A DNA stretch of 64,000 bases from an uncultured Pleurocapsa sp. (GCA_964614405.1 CAZTLS010000012.1:1678-65677); one strand, 5' to 3'; shown: positions 50,265-59,447, numbered from the stretch's first letter. Numbers and translations: made by a program. The notes: generated by a model from the sequence alone, not told the origin.

Positions 50265-50313
50265 ACCTCACCCCGGAAACCTGGCGGTTGAGCGCAGCGA
50301 AACGGGGTGAGGT
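50265..50313. repeat. Internally deleted (49-bp) copy 4 of the 80-bp repeat
   Basis: Same ends as copy 1 but lacking 31 bp between two GCGGTT microhomologies. Confidence 0.88.
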
Positions 50314-50338
50314 TGCGATAGGGGCAAGGAGACGCCTT

Positions 50339-52189
50339 CTACGCCTGCGGCGCGATCACCAGTCGATTGAACACCTCTGGCTGGCGCGCCAGGATCGCGG
50401 ATGGGTCTGCCTGAATCGTCTCATAGTCGTAGGCGGGCACGCCGTAGGTGGTCATCGTCAGCACACCGTCGGCGGCGATGTCGAACTCCGTCCAGCCGAA
50501 GCTGTGCCCCAGCAGCATCTCCCCCTCGCTGCTCAGCAGGTTGATCCGCCCGTTGTCCAAGCCGAGCGTCGGATAGCCCTGCGCCTCGTTGACGAAGCGG
50601 TCGAACAGCGCGCGGGTGAGCGCGTCTTTGACGTGAATGTCGCCCGCCTCGTATGCCGCCGCAGTCTCGGCATCGACCAGGTTGAAGCGGCGCGCGCCGT
50701 CGAAGATCGCCTGCCCCGTCGGCGGGTAGAAGCCGAGCGAGCCGGTGCTGATCTCGAACGCTCCGGTGGGGATCATCGCGCCGCCTGGCTCATCCTGATA
50801 GACCAGCGTGTTGATGAACGTGGTATGCACGTCCGCCGAGACGAACACCACATTGCGGATGGCATTCTCTTCGATGAAGCGCAGCAGTTCGGCGCGTTCG
50901 TATGCCACGCCTTCGATGCGGTCGTTGCCGCCCAGCCAGCCCATGTTCTGGATCGGCTCCGGGATCAGCACGAATTTCCACAGCACGCCCGCGTCATGCG
51001 CCGCCAGCAGGTCTCGCTTGAGGTCGTCCATCTGCGTGCGACCGAGGAACGTCCGCCCAGGCGTGAAGAAGCTCTCCAGATAGGCGCGCAGGCGCGTCTG
51101 GTTAAACACGCTGATCGTCGGGATGTCGGGCAGGTTGGCATCGCGGAACGAGCGCGTATCCAGCACGAACACAGCGGCGTCTGTGCCATACGTCTGGGCG
51201 CGGTAGAGCTTCGGGCGTCCGTCCATGCGCGCATCGCCCGTGCCCGCGTAGTCCTCAGCGAGGGTGGGGTTGTACTCGCGGAAGACCTGCAACCCGTTGA
51301 CGTACAGCGGCGTCTGGTTGAGCAGCGTCCCGGCTTCGCCCGTGAAGCGCGCATCGGACTCGACAGGCGCACCGCCCGCGAAATCGTTGGTCACCTCATG
51401 ATCGTCGATGGTGACGAACACCGACGTGACGGCGCGCAGGGCTGCCCAGAAATTGACCCCGTATGCCGCGCTGTACACCTCAGCGTGCTTGCGGCGGAAC
51501 TCGGTCAGCGTGGTCGCCTGTTCAGCGGGCACATCCGGGGTGGGGATGTCGGCGTAGATCGTGTCGCCGTGCTGCACGAAGAACGCCAGATCGCGGTCCG
51601 GCGCGTTGGCGATGCCGACATACGGGCGCAGTTCACCGCGCCAGTCGCCCGTGACGCCGAAGCGCAGCCCGGCGCGCGGTGCGCTCGCCTCCGCTGCCGT
51701 CACGAACCGCCCGACCAGCGACTCGCCCGCCGCGTTGGTGACGCGCCAGATGTAGCGTGTGCCCGGCTGCAAGCCGTCGATGACCACTTTGACCGGGATG
51801 AGCGGGTCGTCCGCCGAGGCGGTGGCGCGGGCGATCACCGTACCGAACGTCTCGTCCGCCGCCACCTCGAACACGACTTCGCCTGGCGCGGTGCTGCGCG
51901 TCCACAGCACGGTGCGGGTGGCGGTGGTGTCGCCGCTGGCGATGCCATTCGGCAGGGTGGCGGTGCTGGCGTCGGCGGCGGGGCGCAGCCTGGCGTCCAG
52001 CGTGACGGGGTGGGCGTGGGCATAGGCGGCTGCCCCGGCGCGCAGCAGGGCAGCGGCGGCTGCGCCTGCGCCCATCAGCCGCAGAAAGTCGCGCCGCGTG
52101 ACGGTGGTGGCGAACTGGCGAAACGCCTCGCTCTCGATGCGCGTCCAAAGCGTGGTGTAGTTGAACCCGATCTGCGTGTGGTCATCCAT
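50339..52189 (-). CDS. Alkaline phosphatase D (PhoD) family, Tat-exported
   Basis: TRRDFLRL twin-arginine signal, GIASGD..VLWTR, GDTIYAD, DDHEVTND, LDTRSFRD, ADVH. Confidence 0.9.
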   Translation of the reverse strand: MDDHTQIGFNYTTLWTRIESEAFRQFATTVTRRDFLRLMGAGAAAAALLRAGAAAYAHAHPVTLDARLRPAADASTATLPNGIASGDTTATRTVLWTRSTAPGEVVFEVAADETFGTVIARATASADDPLIPVKVVIDGLQPGTRYIWRVTNAAGESLVGRFVTAAEASAPRAGLRFGVTGDWRGELRPYVGIANAPDRDLAFFVQHGDTIYADIPTPDVPAEQATTLTEFRRKHAEVYSAAYGVNFWAALRAVTSVFVTIDDHEVTNDFAGGAPVESDARFTGEAGTLLNQTPLYVNGLQVFREYNPTLAEDYAGTGDARMDGRPKLYRAQTYGTDAAVFVLDTRSFRDANLPDIPTISVFNQTRLRAYLESFFTPGRTFLGRTQMDDLKRDLLAAHDAGVLWKFVLIPEPIQNMGWLGGNDRIEGVAYERAELLRFIEENAIRNVVFVSADVHTTFINTLVYQDEPGGAMIPTGAFEISTGSLGFYPPTGQAIFDGARRFNLVDAETAAAYEAGDIHVKDALTRALFDRFVNEAQGYPTLGLDNGRINLLSSEGEMLLGHSFGWTEFDIAADGVLTMTTYGVPAYDYETIQADPSAILARQPEVFNRLVIAPQA

Positions 52190-52256
52190 CGGCTGTGCCG
52201 CTCCCTGACTGTGTGGACAAGCCCCTCGACTGTACCGCGCGGGCGTTAAATCGCGG

Positions 52257-53975
52257 TTAAGCGGCGGGCGGGCGCAGCCGATCGCGCAGCAGGCGCGCCA
52301 GCCACACCAGCACATCCAGCCGCAGCAGCAGCGCCGCCCCACCGTACAGCCCGACGCTGACCACGCCGATCGCGCCCACAAGCACGATCTCGCCGACGAT
52401 GCGCCGTGTGTCCAGCAGTTCCGGCACGACCGCCATCACCGCCAGCGCCCCGCCCGCCATGACCAGCGCCGCCGCACTCGCCTTTGCCAGCGTCAGCAGC
52501 ACGCGCTGATCGCCGAAGCCGCCCAGCCGCCGCGCCAGCACGAGCGCGCTCAGCACGGCATGGACGATGTGCTTCACGCTGTCGGCGACCATCAGGCTGA
52601 AGATGCCCAGCGTCGGCACGAGCAGCAGCGCCGTGACCATGTACACGATCAGGCTGATCAAGCCGATCAGCGCCGGGGTGAGCGTATCCTGACGGGCGTA
52701 GAAGGCGTACACCAGCAGCAGATCGACGGCGGCGAACGGCAAGCCGAACAGGTACAGCCGCAGCGCCAGCGCCGTCACCTGGGTGTCCGCCTGGGTGAAC
52801 GCCCCATGCTCGAACAGCAGGTCGATGATCGGCACGGCAGCGGTGAACAAGCCGATCGCCGCCGGGATCATCAGCGCGATCGCCAGTCGCAAGCCCAGAC
52901 CGAGGGTATCGCGGAAGGCGCGTTCGCCCTCGCCGTCGGTCTGTGCTGCCTGGCGCGCCAGCGTGGGCAGGATGGCGATGCTGATCGCTGTCGCTACCAG
53001 CCCCTGCGGGAACTGGATGAGGGTGGTCGCCCAGTTCATGTAGCTCAGGCTGCTCTCCCCGGTCTGGCTGGCGAGGTTGTAGCTGAAGACGCGCACCAGC
53101 GCATCGAGGATGAGCGACGCCATGACGGGCAGGTAGAGCAGAGCGATGCGCCGCACAGCGGGGTGACGCCAGCGCAGGGTGAAGCGCAGCGATCCGGCGC
53201 GCAAGCCTGGCAGTTGCAGCGCCATCTGCACGGCTGCCCCGAACAGCCAGCCGATCGCCGCCGCCTGAATGCCCCATGCCGGGCGGTCGATCAGCCAGGT
53301 GGCGCGCGTCGGTGCGACGGCGACGAACACCTCCAGCGGCGGGGTGAGCGCCAGAGTCGCCACCACCACACAGGCATTGAACACCGCCCCTGCCAGCGCC
53401 GGGAAGGTGAACGACCGCAGCGCGTACAGTGTGCCGCTCAGCACGGCGAACAGGCTGAGGAAGAGCATCGCCGGAGCGGTGATCCGCAGCAGATCGACCG
53501 CCAGCCCCTGTGTGCGCGCGTCATAGCCGCTGCCGACCAGATTGACGACCGCCGGGGCGAACAGCACCAGCAGCAGCACGATTGCCGCCATGACCACCGT
53601 GACCAGGCTGACCAGCACCGACACCAGCCGCCACAGCGCCGCCTGCCCCTCGCGCGTGACCACCTCGCTCAGCACCGGGATGATCGCCCCGTTGACATGC
53701 CCACCGATGAGCAGGTCATACAGCGTGCGCGGCACGAGCGTGGCGACGAAGAAGGCGTCGGTGGCGGCGGATGCGCCGAACAGATTGGTCAGCACCACAT
53801 CGCGCGCCATGCCCAGCACGCGGCTGGCGATGTTGCCCAGCGCCAGCACCCCGGTCGCGCGGGCGACCTGGGCATTGGTCTGTGCCTGAGTTTCGACGGC
53901 TTCGTGCGGGGTGATCTCGTCCAACGGTAGCAAACCCTGTGCATTGGCGGCGCGCAAACCGGACAAGCATAGCAC
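52257..53975 (-). CDS. murJ: Lipid II flippase MurJ (MviN)
   Basis: SRVLGMARD, DAFFVA..VP, GAIIPV, YMNWATTLIQFPQG, FEHGAF, FYARQDTLTP; true start probably downstream (e.g. TTG at 53924). Confidence 0.93.
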   Translation of the reverse strand: MLCLSGLRAANAQGLLPLDEITPHEAVETQAQTNAQVARATGVLALGNIASRVLGMARDVVLTNLFGASAATDAFFVATLVPRTLYDLLIGGHVNGAIIPVLSEVVTREGQAALWRLVSVLVSLVTVVMAAIVLLLVLFAPAVVNLVGSGYDARTQGLAVDLLRITAPAMLFLSLFAVLSGTLYALRSFTFPALAGAVFNACVVVATLALTPPLEVFVAVAPTRATWLIDRPAWGIQAAAIGWLFGAAVQMALQLPGLRAGSLRFTLRWRHPAVRRIALLYLPVMASLILDALVRVFSYNLASQTGESSLSYMNWATTLIQFPQGLVATAISIAILPTLARQAAQTDGEGERAFRDTLGLGLRLAIALMIPAAIGLFTAAVPIIDLLFEHGAFTQADTQVTALALRLYLFGLPFAAVDLLLVYAFYARQDTLTPALIGLISLIVYMVTALLLVPTLGIFSLMVADSVKHIVHAVLSALVLARRLGGFGDQRVLLTLAKASAAALVMAGGALAVMAVVPELLDTRRIVGEIVLVGAIGVVSVGLYGGAALLLRLDVLVWLARLLRDRLRPPAA

Positions 53976-54008
53976 ACCCCGCGTCAGACGCCAGACGCAC
54001 GCCCGCCG

Positions 54009-54905
54009 CTACTCCGCCCTGCCGACGGTGACGCCGGAGAGCGCCTCCAGCGCCTTGATGAGCGCGTGATTGCCCTCATGCCCCAGCCCACCCGCCTGAA
54101 GCACGCGGTACAGGTTGTCGATCAGGCTGGTGGCGACCAGCGGAATGCCCATCTCGCGCGCTGCCTCCAGCACCAGCCGCACGTCCTTCTGCTGAAGGTC
54201 GATGGTGAAGCCAGGTCGCCAGTCACGGCGGATCGCCTGCGTGCCGCGATTGCTCAGCATCCAGCTTCCGCCCGCCCCACCCGCGACGGCGGCGATCGTC
54301 TTCTCCAGGTCAAGCCCGCCCGCCTGCGCGAAGATGAGCGCCTCGCTGACCGCCAGCATGTTGACCACCACCAGAATCTGGTTGACCAGCTTGACCGTCT
54401 GCCCTGCGCCGATCGCCCCGACGTGGGTGATCGTCTTGCCCATCGCCTGAAAGACGGGCAGCGCCCGTTCGTAATCAGCAGCAGCACCGCCCACCATGAT
54501 CGACAGCGTGCCGCGCGCCGCTCCCTCGCTGCCCCCGCTGACCGGGGCGTCCAGCATGGCGACTCCCCGCTCACCCAGCCGTGCGGCGATGGCGCGCGTG
54601 GCAGCCGGGCTGATCGTGGACATATCGATGACCAGCGACCCAGGGCGCACGCCGTGAATGACTCCGTTTTCGCCCAGCAGCACCGCCTCGACATCCGGCG
54701 TATCGCTGACGCAGCACAGGATGAGGTCGCATTCCGCCGCCAGCGCAGCCGGCGACCCGGCGGCGCGCGCGCCCAGCGCGATCAGCCCTTCCGCCTTGTG
54801 CGGGCTGCGATTCCAGACGGTGAGGGGAAAGCCAGCGGCGATCAGGTTGCGGGTCATGCCGCCGCCCATGATGCCCAAGCCGATGAAGCCGATGCGTTCG
54901 GTCAT
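54009..54905 (-). CDS. NAD(P)-dependent oxidoreductase, 3-hydroxyisobutyrate/2-hydroxy-3-oxopropionate reductase family
   Basis: IGFIGLGIMG, DMSTISP, DAPVSGG, VKLVNQ, FTIDLQQKD. Confidence 0.92.
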   Translation of the reverse strand: MTERIGFIGLGIMGGGMTRNLIAAGFPLTVWNRSPHKAEGLIALGARAAGSPAALAAECDLILCCVSDTPDVEAVLLGENGVIHGVRPGSLVIDMSTISPAATRAIAARLGERGVAMLDAPVSGGSEGAARGTLSIMVGGAAADYERALPVFQAMGKTITHVGAIGAGQTVKLVNQILVVVNMLAVSEALIFAQAGGLDLEKTIAAVAGGAGGSWMLSNRGTQAIRRDWRPGFTIDLQQKDVRLVLEAAREMGIPLVATSLIDNLYRVLQAGGLGHEGNHALIKALEALSGVTVGRAE

Positions 54906-54966
54906 GATGTGTGTGTCCTCATGCGGAAAAAAAAGCGTGTCGTGATGCCGTCATGCTATACTGAGG

Positions 54967-56180
54967 ATGACCGCACGGCAAGGATTGAGGGTTGGGCGAT
55001 GGGTGTGCAAAAAGTGCTGCTGACGGCGGACGCCTTCTGGAACCTGCTGGCGCTGCCCGAATTTGCCGATCGGCGGCTGGAGCTGATCGATGGGGAGATG
55101 TTCGAGAAGATGTCACCGACGTTGCAGCATGGCAGAACCGCCAGGCGCATCTACATCGCGCTGTCCACATGGCTCGTGCAGAATCCGATCGGCGAAGTGG
55201 TCTTCGAGGTCGATCACTACACGCCGGACGACCCGCACAACACCCGCCGCCCGGACATCTCGTTCATCGCTTCCGGGCGGGGCGATGCGCTCGGCGACGA
55301 ACCCGTGCCCTTCATGCCTGACCTCGCCGTCGAGATTCGTTCGCCCTCCAACCGCATGGGCGGAGCGAGCGGCTTGCGCGAAAAAGCGGCGTACTACCTG
55401 GCGCATGGGACGCGCATGGTCTGGCTGGTCGATGCCGGCGCGAAGCAGATCGAGGTCTTCACCCCGTCGGAGACGCGCACCCTGAACGAAACCGATATGC
55501 TCGACGGCGGCGCGGTGCTGCCAGGTTTCGCCCTGCCCGTGCGCGTCGTGTTCGCTGACCCGTAAGTTTGGAAACAGCGCTGAAAATGACCGCACGGCAA
55601 GGATTGAGGGTTGGGCGATGGGTGTGCAAAAAGTGCTGCTGACGGCGGACGCCTTCTGGAACCTGCTGGCGCTGCCCGAATTTGCCGATCGGCGGCTGGA
55701 GCTGATCGATGGGGAGATGTTCGAGAAGATGTCACCGACGTTGCAGCATGGCAGAACCGCCAGGCGCATCTACATCGCGCTGTCCACATGGCTCGTGCAG
55801 AATCCGATCGGCGAAGTGGTCTTCGAGGTCGATCACTACACGCCGGACGACCCGCACAACACCCGCCGCCCGGACATCTCGTTCATCGCTTCCGGGCGGG
55901 GCGATGCGCTCGGCGACGAACCCGTGCCCTTCATGCCTGACCTCGCCGTCGAGATTCGTTCGCCCTCCAACCGCATGGGCGGAGCGAGCGGCTTGCGCGA
56001 AAAAGCGGCGTACTACCTGGCGCATGGGACGCGCATGGTCTGGCTGGTCGATGCCGGCGCGAAGCAGATCGAGGTCTTCACCCCGTCGGAGACGCGCACC
56101 CTGAACGAAACCGATATGCTCGACGGCGGCGCGGTGCTGCCAGGTTTCGCCCTGCCCGTGCGCGTCGTGTTCGCTGACCC
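54967..56180 (+). repeat. Direct tandem duplication of 595 bp (54967-55561 and 55586-56180) with a 24-bp unique spacer
   Basis: Constant 619-bp offset; identical translations in all listed frames; spacer GTAAGTTTGGAAACAGCGCTGAAA. Confidence 0.93.
54999..55565 (+). CDS. Uma2 family (PD-(D/E)XK) endonuclease, copy 1
   Basis: ELIDGEM, RRPDISF, PDLAVEIRSPSN, EKAAYYLAHG..VWLVD, LDGGAVLPGF. Confidence 0.92.
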   Translation: MGVQKVLLTADAFWNLLALPEFADRRLELIDGEMFEKMSPTLQHGRTARRIYIALSTWLVQNPIGEVVFEVDHYTPDDPHNTRRPDISFIASGRGDALGDEPVPFMPDLAVEIRSPSNRMGGASGLREKAAYYLAHGTRMVWLVDAGAKQIEVFTPSETRTLNETDMLDGGAVLPGFALPVRVVFADP

Positions 56181-56187
56181 ATCCTGA
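55618..56187 (+). CDS. Uma2 family endonuclease, copy 2
   Basis: Identical to copy 1 apart from one extra C-terminal Ser. Confidence 0.92.
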   Translation: MGVQKVLLTADAFWNLLALPEFADRRLELIDGEMFEKMSPTLQHGRTARRIYIALSTWLVQNPIGEVVFEVDHYTPDDPHNTRRPDISFIASGRGDALGDEPVPFMPDLAVEIRSPSNRMGGASGLREKAAYYLAHGTRMVWLVDAGAKQIEVFTPSETRTLNETDMLDGGAVLPGFALPVRVVFADPS

Positions 56188-56219
56188 TCCGTCTGCTGAT
56201 TGAGGAAAAATCTCCCCCC

Positions 56220-57050
56220 ATGCCTGCACTCATTCGCCTGCTCACCCCGCACGGACTGACCGATCCGGGTCTCACCGCCGACTCGCTGGCAGACGCCGCC
56301 AGGCACGACCCGCCCGACGGCGTGTACACCATCGCCAACACATTTGAGGGCACGAAGACGCTGCGCCTCGACGCCCACCTCGACCGCCTGCAGGACTCGG
56401 CACGGCGGGCGGGCATCGCGCTGTGGCTGGATCGTCCGGTGCTGCGCGCGGCGCTGCGCACCATGATCGCCGAGTCCGGTTTTGGCGATGTGCGCTACAA
56501 GATCACCGCCGGAAGCGCGCTGGGTGAGGCGCTGCTGCTGGCGATCGAGCCGTTCAAGCCGCTGCCCGCTTCGGTGTACGAGCAGGGCGTGCGGGTGATC
56601 ACCGCGCCGGGCGCAGCGCGGCACGACCCGGCGGCGAAGACCACCGACTGGATACACGATCGCCGGGCGATCGAAGAGTCGCTGCCCGCCGGGGTGTTCA
56701 CCGCGCTGCTGGTCAGCGAAGACGGCGCGCTGCTGGAAGGGCTGAGCAGCAATTTCTATGCCGTGCTGGATGGTGAACTGCGGACCGCTGGCGAGGGGGT
56801 GCTGGCGGGCATCGCGCAGCAGATCGTGTTCGCCGTCGCGCCGGAGGTCATCCCGGTGCGGCGCGATGCACCCCGCATGGACGATGTGCCGCGCTTCGAT
56901 GAGGCGTTCATCACCAGTGCCAGCCGGGGCATCGTGCCCGTCGTCGCCATCGACGGCACGCCGATCGGCACAGGCGTGCCCGGCGCGGTGACGCGCGCGC
57001 TGATCGCCCGCTACCGGGCGCATGTGGCGGAAAATCTGGTCGAGCTGTGA
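56220..57050 (+). CDS. Aminotransferase class IV (D-amino acid aminotransferase / ADC lyase-like)
   Basis: LDAHLDRLQDSA, AKTT, LLEGLSSNFYAV, VLAGI, EAFITSASRGIVPV. Confidence 0.88.
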   Translation: MPALIRLLTPHGLTDPGLTADSLADAARHDPPDGVYTIANTFEGTKTLRLDAHLDRLQDSARRAGIALWLDRPVLRAALRTMIAESGFGDVRYKITAGSALGEALLLAIEPFKPLPASVYEQGVRVITAPGAARHDPAAKTTDWIHDRRAIEESLPAGVFTALLVSEDGALLEGLSSNFYAVLDGELRTAGEGVLAGIAQQIVFAVAPEVIPVRRDAPRMDDVPRFDEAFITSASRGIVPVVAIDGTPIGTGVPGAVTRALIARYRAHVAENLVEL

Positions 57051-57090
57051 AAAAACAGCGCGGCGGATCATGCATGATCCGCCGCGCTTT
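57051..57090. terminator. Intrinsic terminator between the aminotransferase gene and ssrA
   Basis: AGCGCGGCGGATCA-TGCA-TGATCCGCCGCGCT hairpin flanked by A- and T-runs. Confidence 0.8.
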
Positions 57091-57095
57091 GGGTG

Positions 57096-57480
57096 TGGAG
57101 GTGCAGGGAGTCGCACCCTGGTCCGCTGGACTCGAAGCCGCGCTTCTACAGGTTTAGCTGTCCGTTGAGTCTCGCGGAGTGTAGCCCCGGACAGCCCGGT
57201 ACGCACTCCGCCAGCCGATGGTTCTTTGGTGACCGTTTATCGGCGTGACGATCACCGCACTCCACCATTAGTGACGCCCGCCGATCGATCCGGGTGGAGC
57301 CGAACCGGGCGGACGGCTGGGTTACTCTGACCCAGCACCCGCGCTTAGCGCACCTTAGGCGGCGTAAGCGAGAGCAGGACGACTGCTGTTGGCAGTTGAT
57401 TGCTTGCCCATTTTTACGTGGTTGAGCGCCACGACCTGCCACACGGAGTCAGCCTCCAACGTCGAAGCTGGTTCACCCCC
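57096..57480 (-). ncRNA. ssrA: tmRNA; tag peptide ANSSRPALAYAA* (57393-57355)
   Basis: Minus strand 5' GGGGGTGAACCAGCTTCGAC, 3' CAGGG-TGCGACT-CCCTG-CACCTCCA; G3-U wobble; ATCAACT-GCC resume context and a tag ending in AA. Confidence 0.95.
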
Positions 57481-57543
57481 GAATGTGAAGAAAAGGATAA
57501 CACACCCTGTGCAATTTGTAAACAGGCAGCTTGCGCTGCCTGT

Positions 57544-58518
57544 TCAGCGCAGGGCGAAAAAGGCGATCGTCGTGCCATCGGTGGCGGCGATGTGGTCGTC
57601 GAAGGCGGCGATGGCGCTCACGGGGCGGGGCAGCGACAGGGCTGCGGGCTGTCGGGTGAGCGAGTCGGCGGTGACGGTGAACACGGTCAGCGTCCGCTCT
57701 CCGTCCACGCCCGCCACCAGCCTGGGCCCGTCGCTGACGGTGCTGAAAGTGAGCAGGCTGACGCCGGGCAGGGATGTGCTGGCGCGCGTCGCCAGCGTCA
57801 CCGGGTCGAGCAGGCGGATCGTCCCGTTTTCGAGCGCAGCGGCGACCAGCCGACCATCCTGGCTGGCGGCAAGGGCGCGCACGGGTGACCCGGCATCGAC
57901 GACGGCGGTCGGTCGGGCGGTGTTCAGCCCATCGAGCAGCAGCGTGGCGATGCCCGTGCCCTGGGCGTAGATCAGGCGGTCGGTGGTGAGCGCAGCAGCA
58001 TCGACCTGAATGTCGAACGTCCGCGCGTCGATGACGTCGGCGGCGCGCAGGCTGAGCAGGACGAAGCCCGTCTCGCCGATCGCCAGACCGAAACGGCGGT
58101 CACCGGAAAGCACCAGCGACTCGGCGACGAAAGGCAGATCGACGAAGTTGCCGCCCGCTGTCAGCACGCTGCCCGGCTGATAGCGTGCCGGGACGATGAC
58201 CTCCAGCGTGGACGGGCTGAACGATGAGCGCACCGCCGCCAGGATGAAACCCTCCCCGGAAGCGAGTGCCAGTGGGCGTCCCTCGACGGTGAGGGTGGTG
58301 ATGAGCGATGGCGCGCTGAGGCGTGCCAGGTCGTAGGCACGCACCTGTTCGCGCGCAGCATCAGCGACCAACAGATAGCGCTGGTCGTCGCTGATGGTCA
58401 GCGCGCGCAGTTCGCCCGCGTTGAGCGTGCCAATCGGAGCATCGGTCTGTGCCGATACGCCGACGGCACACAAGGTGAGCAGCGCCAGCAGCGCGAAAGA
58501 CGCCCAGCGCCTAGACAT
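57544..58518 (-). CDS. Secreted beta-propeller (WD40/YVTN-like) hypothetical protein
   Basis: Signal peptide; repeated ALTISDD, LVLSGD and LAASQDG blade-like motifs. Confidence 0.7.
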   Translation of the reverse strand: MSRRWASFALLALLTLCAVGVSAQTDAPIGTLNAGELRALTISDDQRYLLVADAAREQVRAYDLARLSAPSLITTLTVEGRPLALASGEGFILAAVRSSFSPSTLEVIVPARYQPGSVLTAGGNFVDLPFVAESLVLSGDRRFGLAIGETGFVLLSLRAADVIDARTFDIQVDAAALTTDRLIYAQGTGIATLLLDGLNTARPTAVVDAGSPVRALAASQDGRLVAAALENGTIRLLDPVTLATRASTSLPGVSLLTFSTVSDGPRLVAGVDGERTLTVFTVTADSLTRQPAALSLPRPVSAIAAFDDHIAATDGTTIAFFALR

Positions 58519-58535
58519 GGCACGAAACGACGGGA

Positions 58536-58739
58536 TTATTCCTCGTCGTCCTCGTAGTAGTCGTCATCTTCATCGTCATCATAATAGTCGTCATCCTCAT
58601 CGAAGTCTTCGTCGTCGAAGTCCTCGTCGTCATAGTCCTCGTCGTCGAGGTCGTCTTCGTATTCCTCGAAGTCGTCATCGACCAGATCGTCTTCGTCACC
58701 GTAGTTGGCACGTGCGAGAAAAAGTTCGTCCAGGATCAT
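58536..58739 (-). CDS. Small hyper-acidic protein (43 of 67 residues Asp/Glu)
   Basis: ATG with AGGTG RBS-like sequence; biased D/E/F/Y codons; TACAAT and TAGAAT boxes upstream on the minus strand. Confidence 0.7.
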   Translation of the reverse strand: MILDELFLARANYGDEDDLVDDDFEEYEDDLDDEDYDDEDFDDEDFDEDDDYYDDDEDDDYYEDDEE

Positions 58740-58874
58740 GGTTCAGGCACCTGTTGGGTTGGCAGATGAACATACAGCCATTCTAGCGCAAAGCGCGCGT
58801 ATTGTAGCACGCCTTTTGGGAATGCAAACCGCAGATTTTGCCACCGATTCAGCACCTTTTTGCATTATCGCCCA

Positions 58875-59447
58875 TCAGCGCGCGCCGATGAGTCCCAGAA
58901 AGTGGGAGTGCAGGCGGATATCGGGGGTCAGTTCCGGGTGGAAGGCGGTCGCCAGCAGATGCCCCTGCTGCACCGCCACGATACCGCCATCGGGCAGGCG
59001 GCTGAGGATTTCGACGCCTGCGCCCGCCCCGGTGACCAGCGGCGCGCGGATGAAGATGGCGTGGAAAGGCGGGTCGCCCAGCGGCGCGATTGGCAGATCG
59101 ATCTCGAAGCTGTCCACCTGCCGCCCGAAGGCGTTGCGGTTGACGGTGATGTCCATCACGCCGAGGATCGGCTGACGGTCGATGCCGATGTCTTTCGCCA
59201 GGAAGATCATCCCGGCGCATGTGCCCCACGTGGGATGGGTGCGCGCGAACTGGCGCAGCGGGTCGATCAGCCCGTAGCTGACCGCCAGCTTGCCGATGGT
59301 GGTGCTTTCGCCGCCTGGGATGATCAGCCCGTCGAGCGGTTCGAGCTGGTCAGGGGTACGAATCTCTTCGGCGTCTGCGCCCAGCGCGCGCAGCGTCTTG
59401 ATATGTTCGATGAATGCGCCTTGCAGCGCCAGCACGCCGATACGCAT
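58875..59447 (-). CDS. pdxT: Pyridoxal 5'-phosphate synthase glutaminase subunit
   Basis: IGVLALQGAF, IIPGGESTT, WGTCAGMI, RNAFGRQVDSFE, FIRAP, FHPELT. Confidence 0.96.
   Translation of the reverse strand: MRIGVLALQGAFIEHIKTLRALGADAEEIRTPDQLEPLDGLIIPGGESTTIGKLAVSYGLIDPLRQFARTHPTWGTCAGMIFLAKDIGIDRQPILGVMDITVNRNAFGRQVDSFEIDLPIAPLGDPPFHAIFIRAPLVTGAGAGVEILSRLPDGGIVAVQQGHLLATAFHPELTPDIRLHSHFLGLIGAR

Noticed and set aside
54967-56180. Cas1-Cas2-type repeat-spacer-repeat origin of the Uma2 duplication
   Set aside because: The geometry is superficially similar (duplicate, 24-nt insert, duplicate), but Cas1 integration duplicates only tens of bp, not 595 bp.
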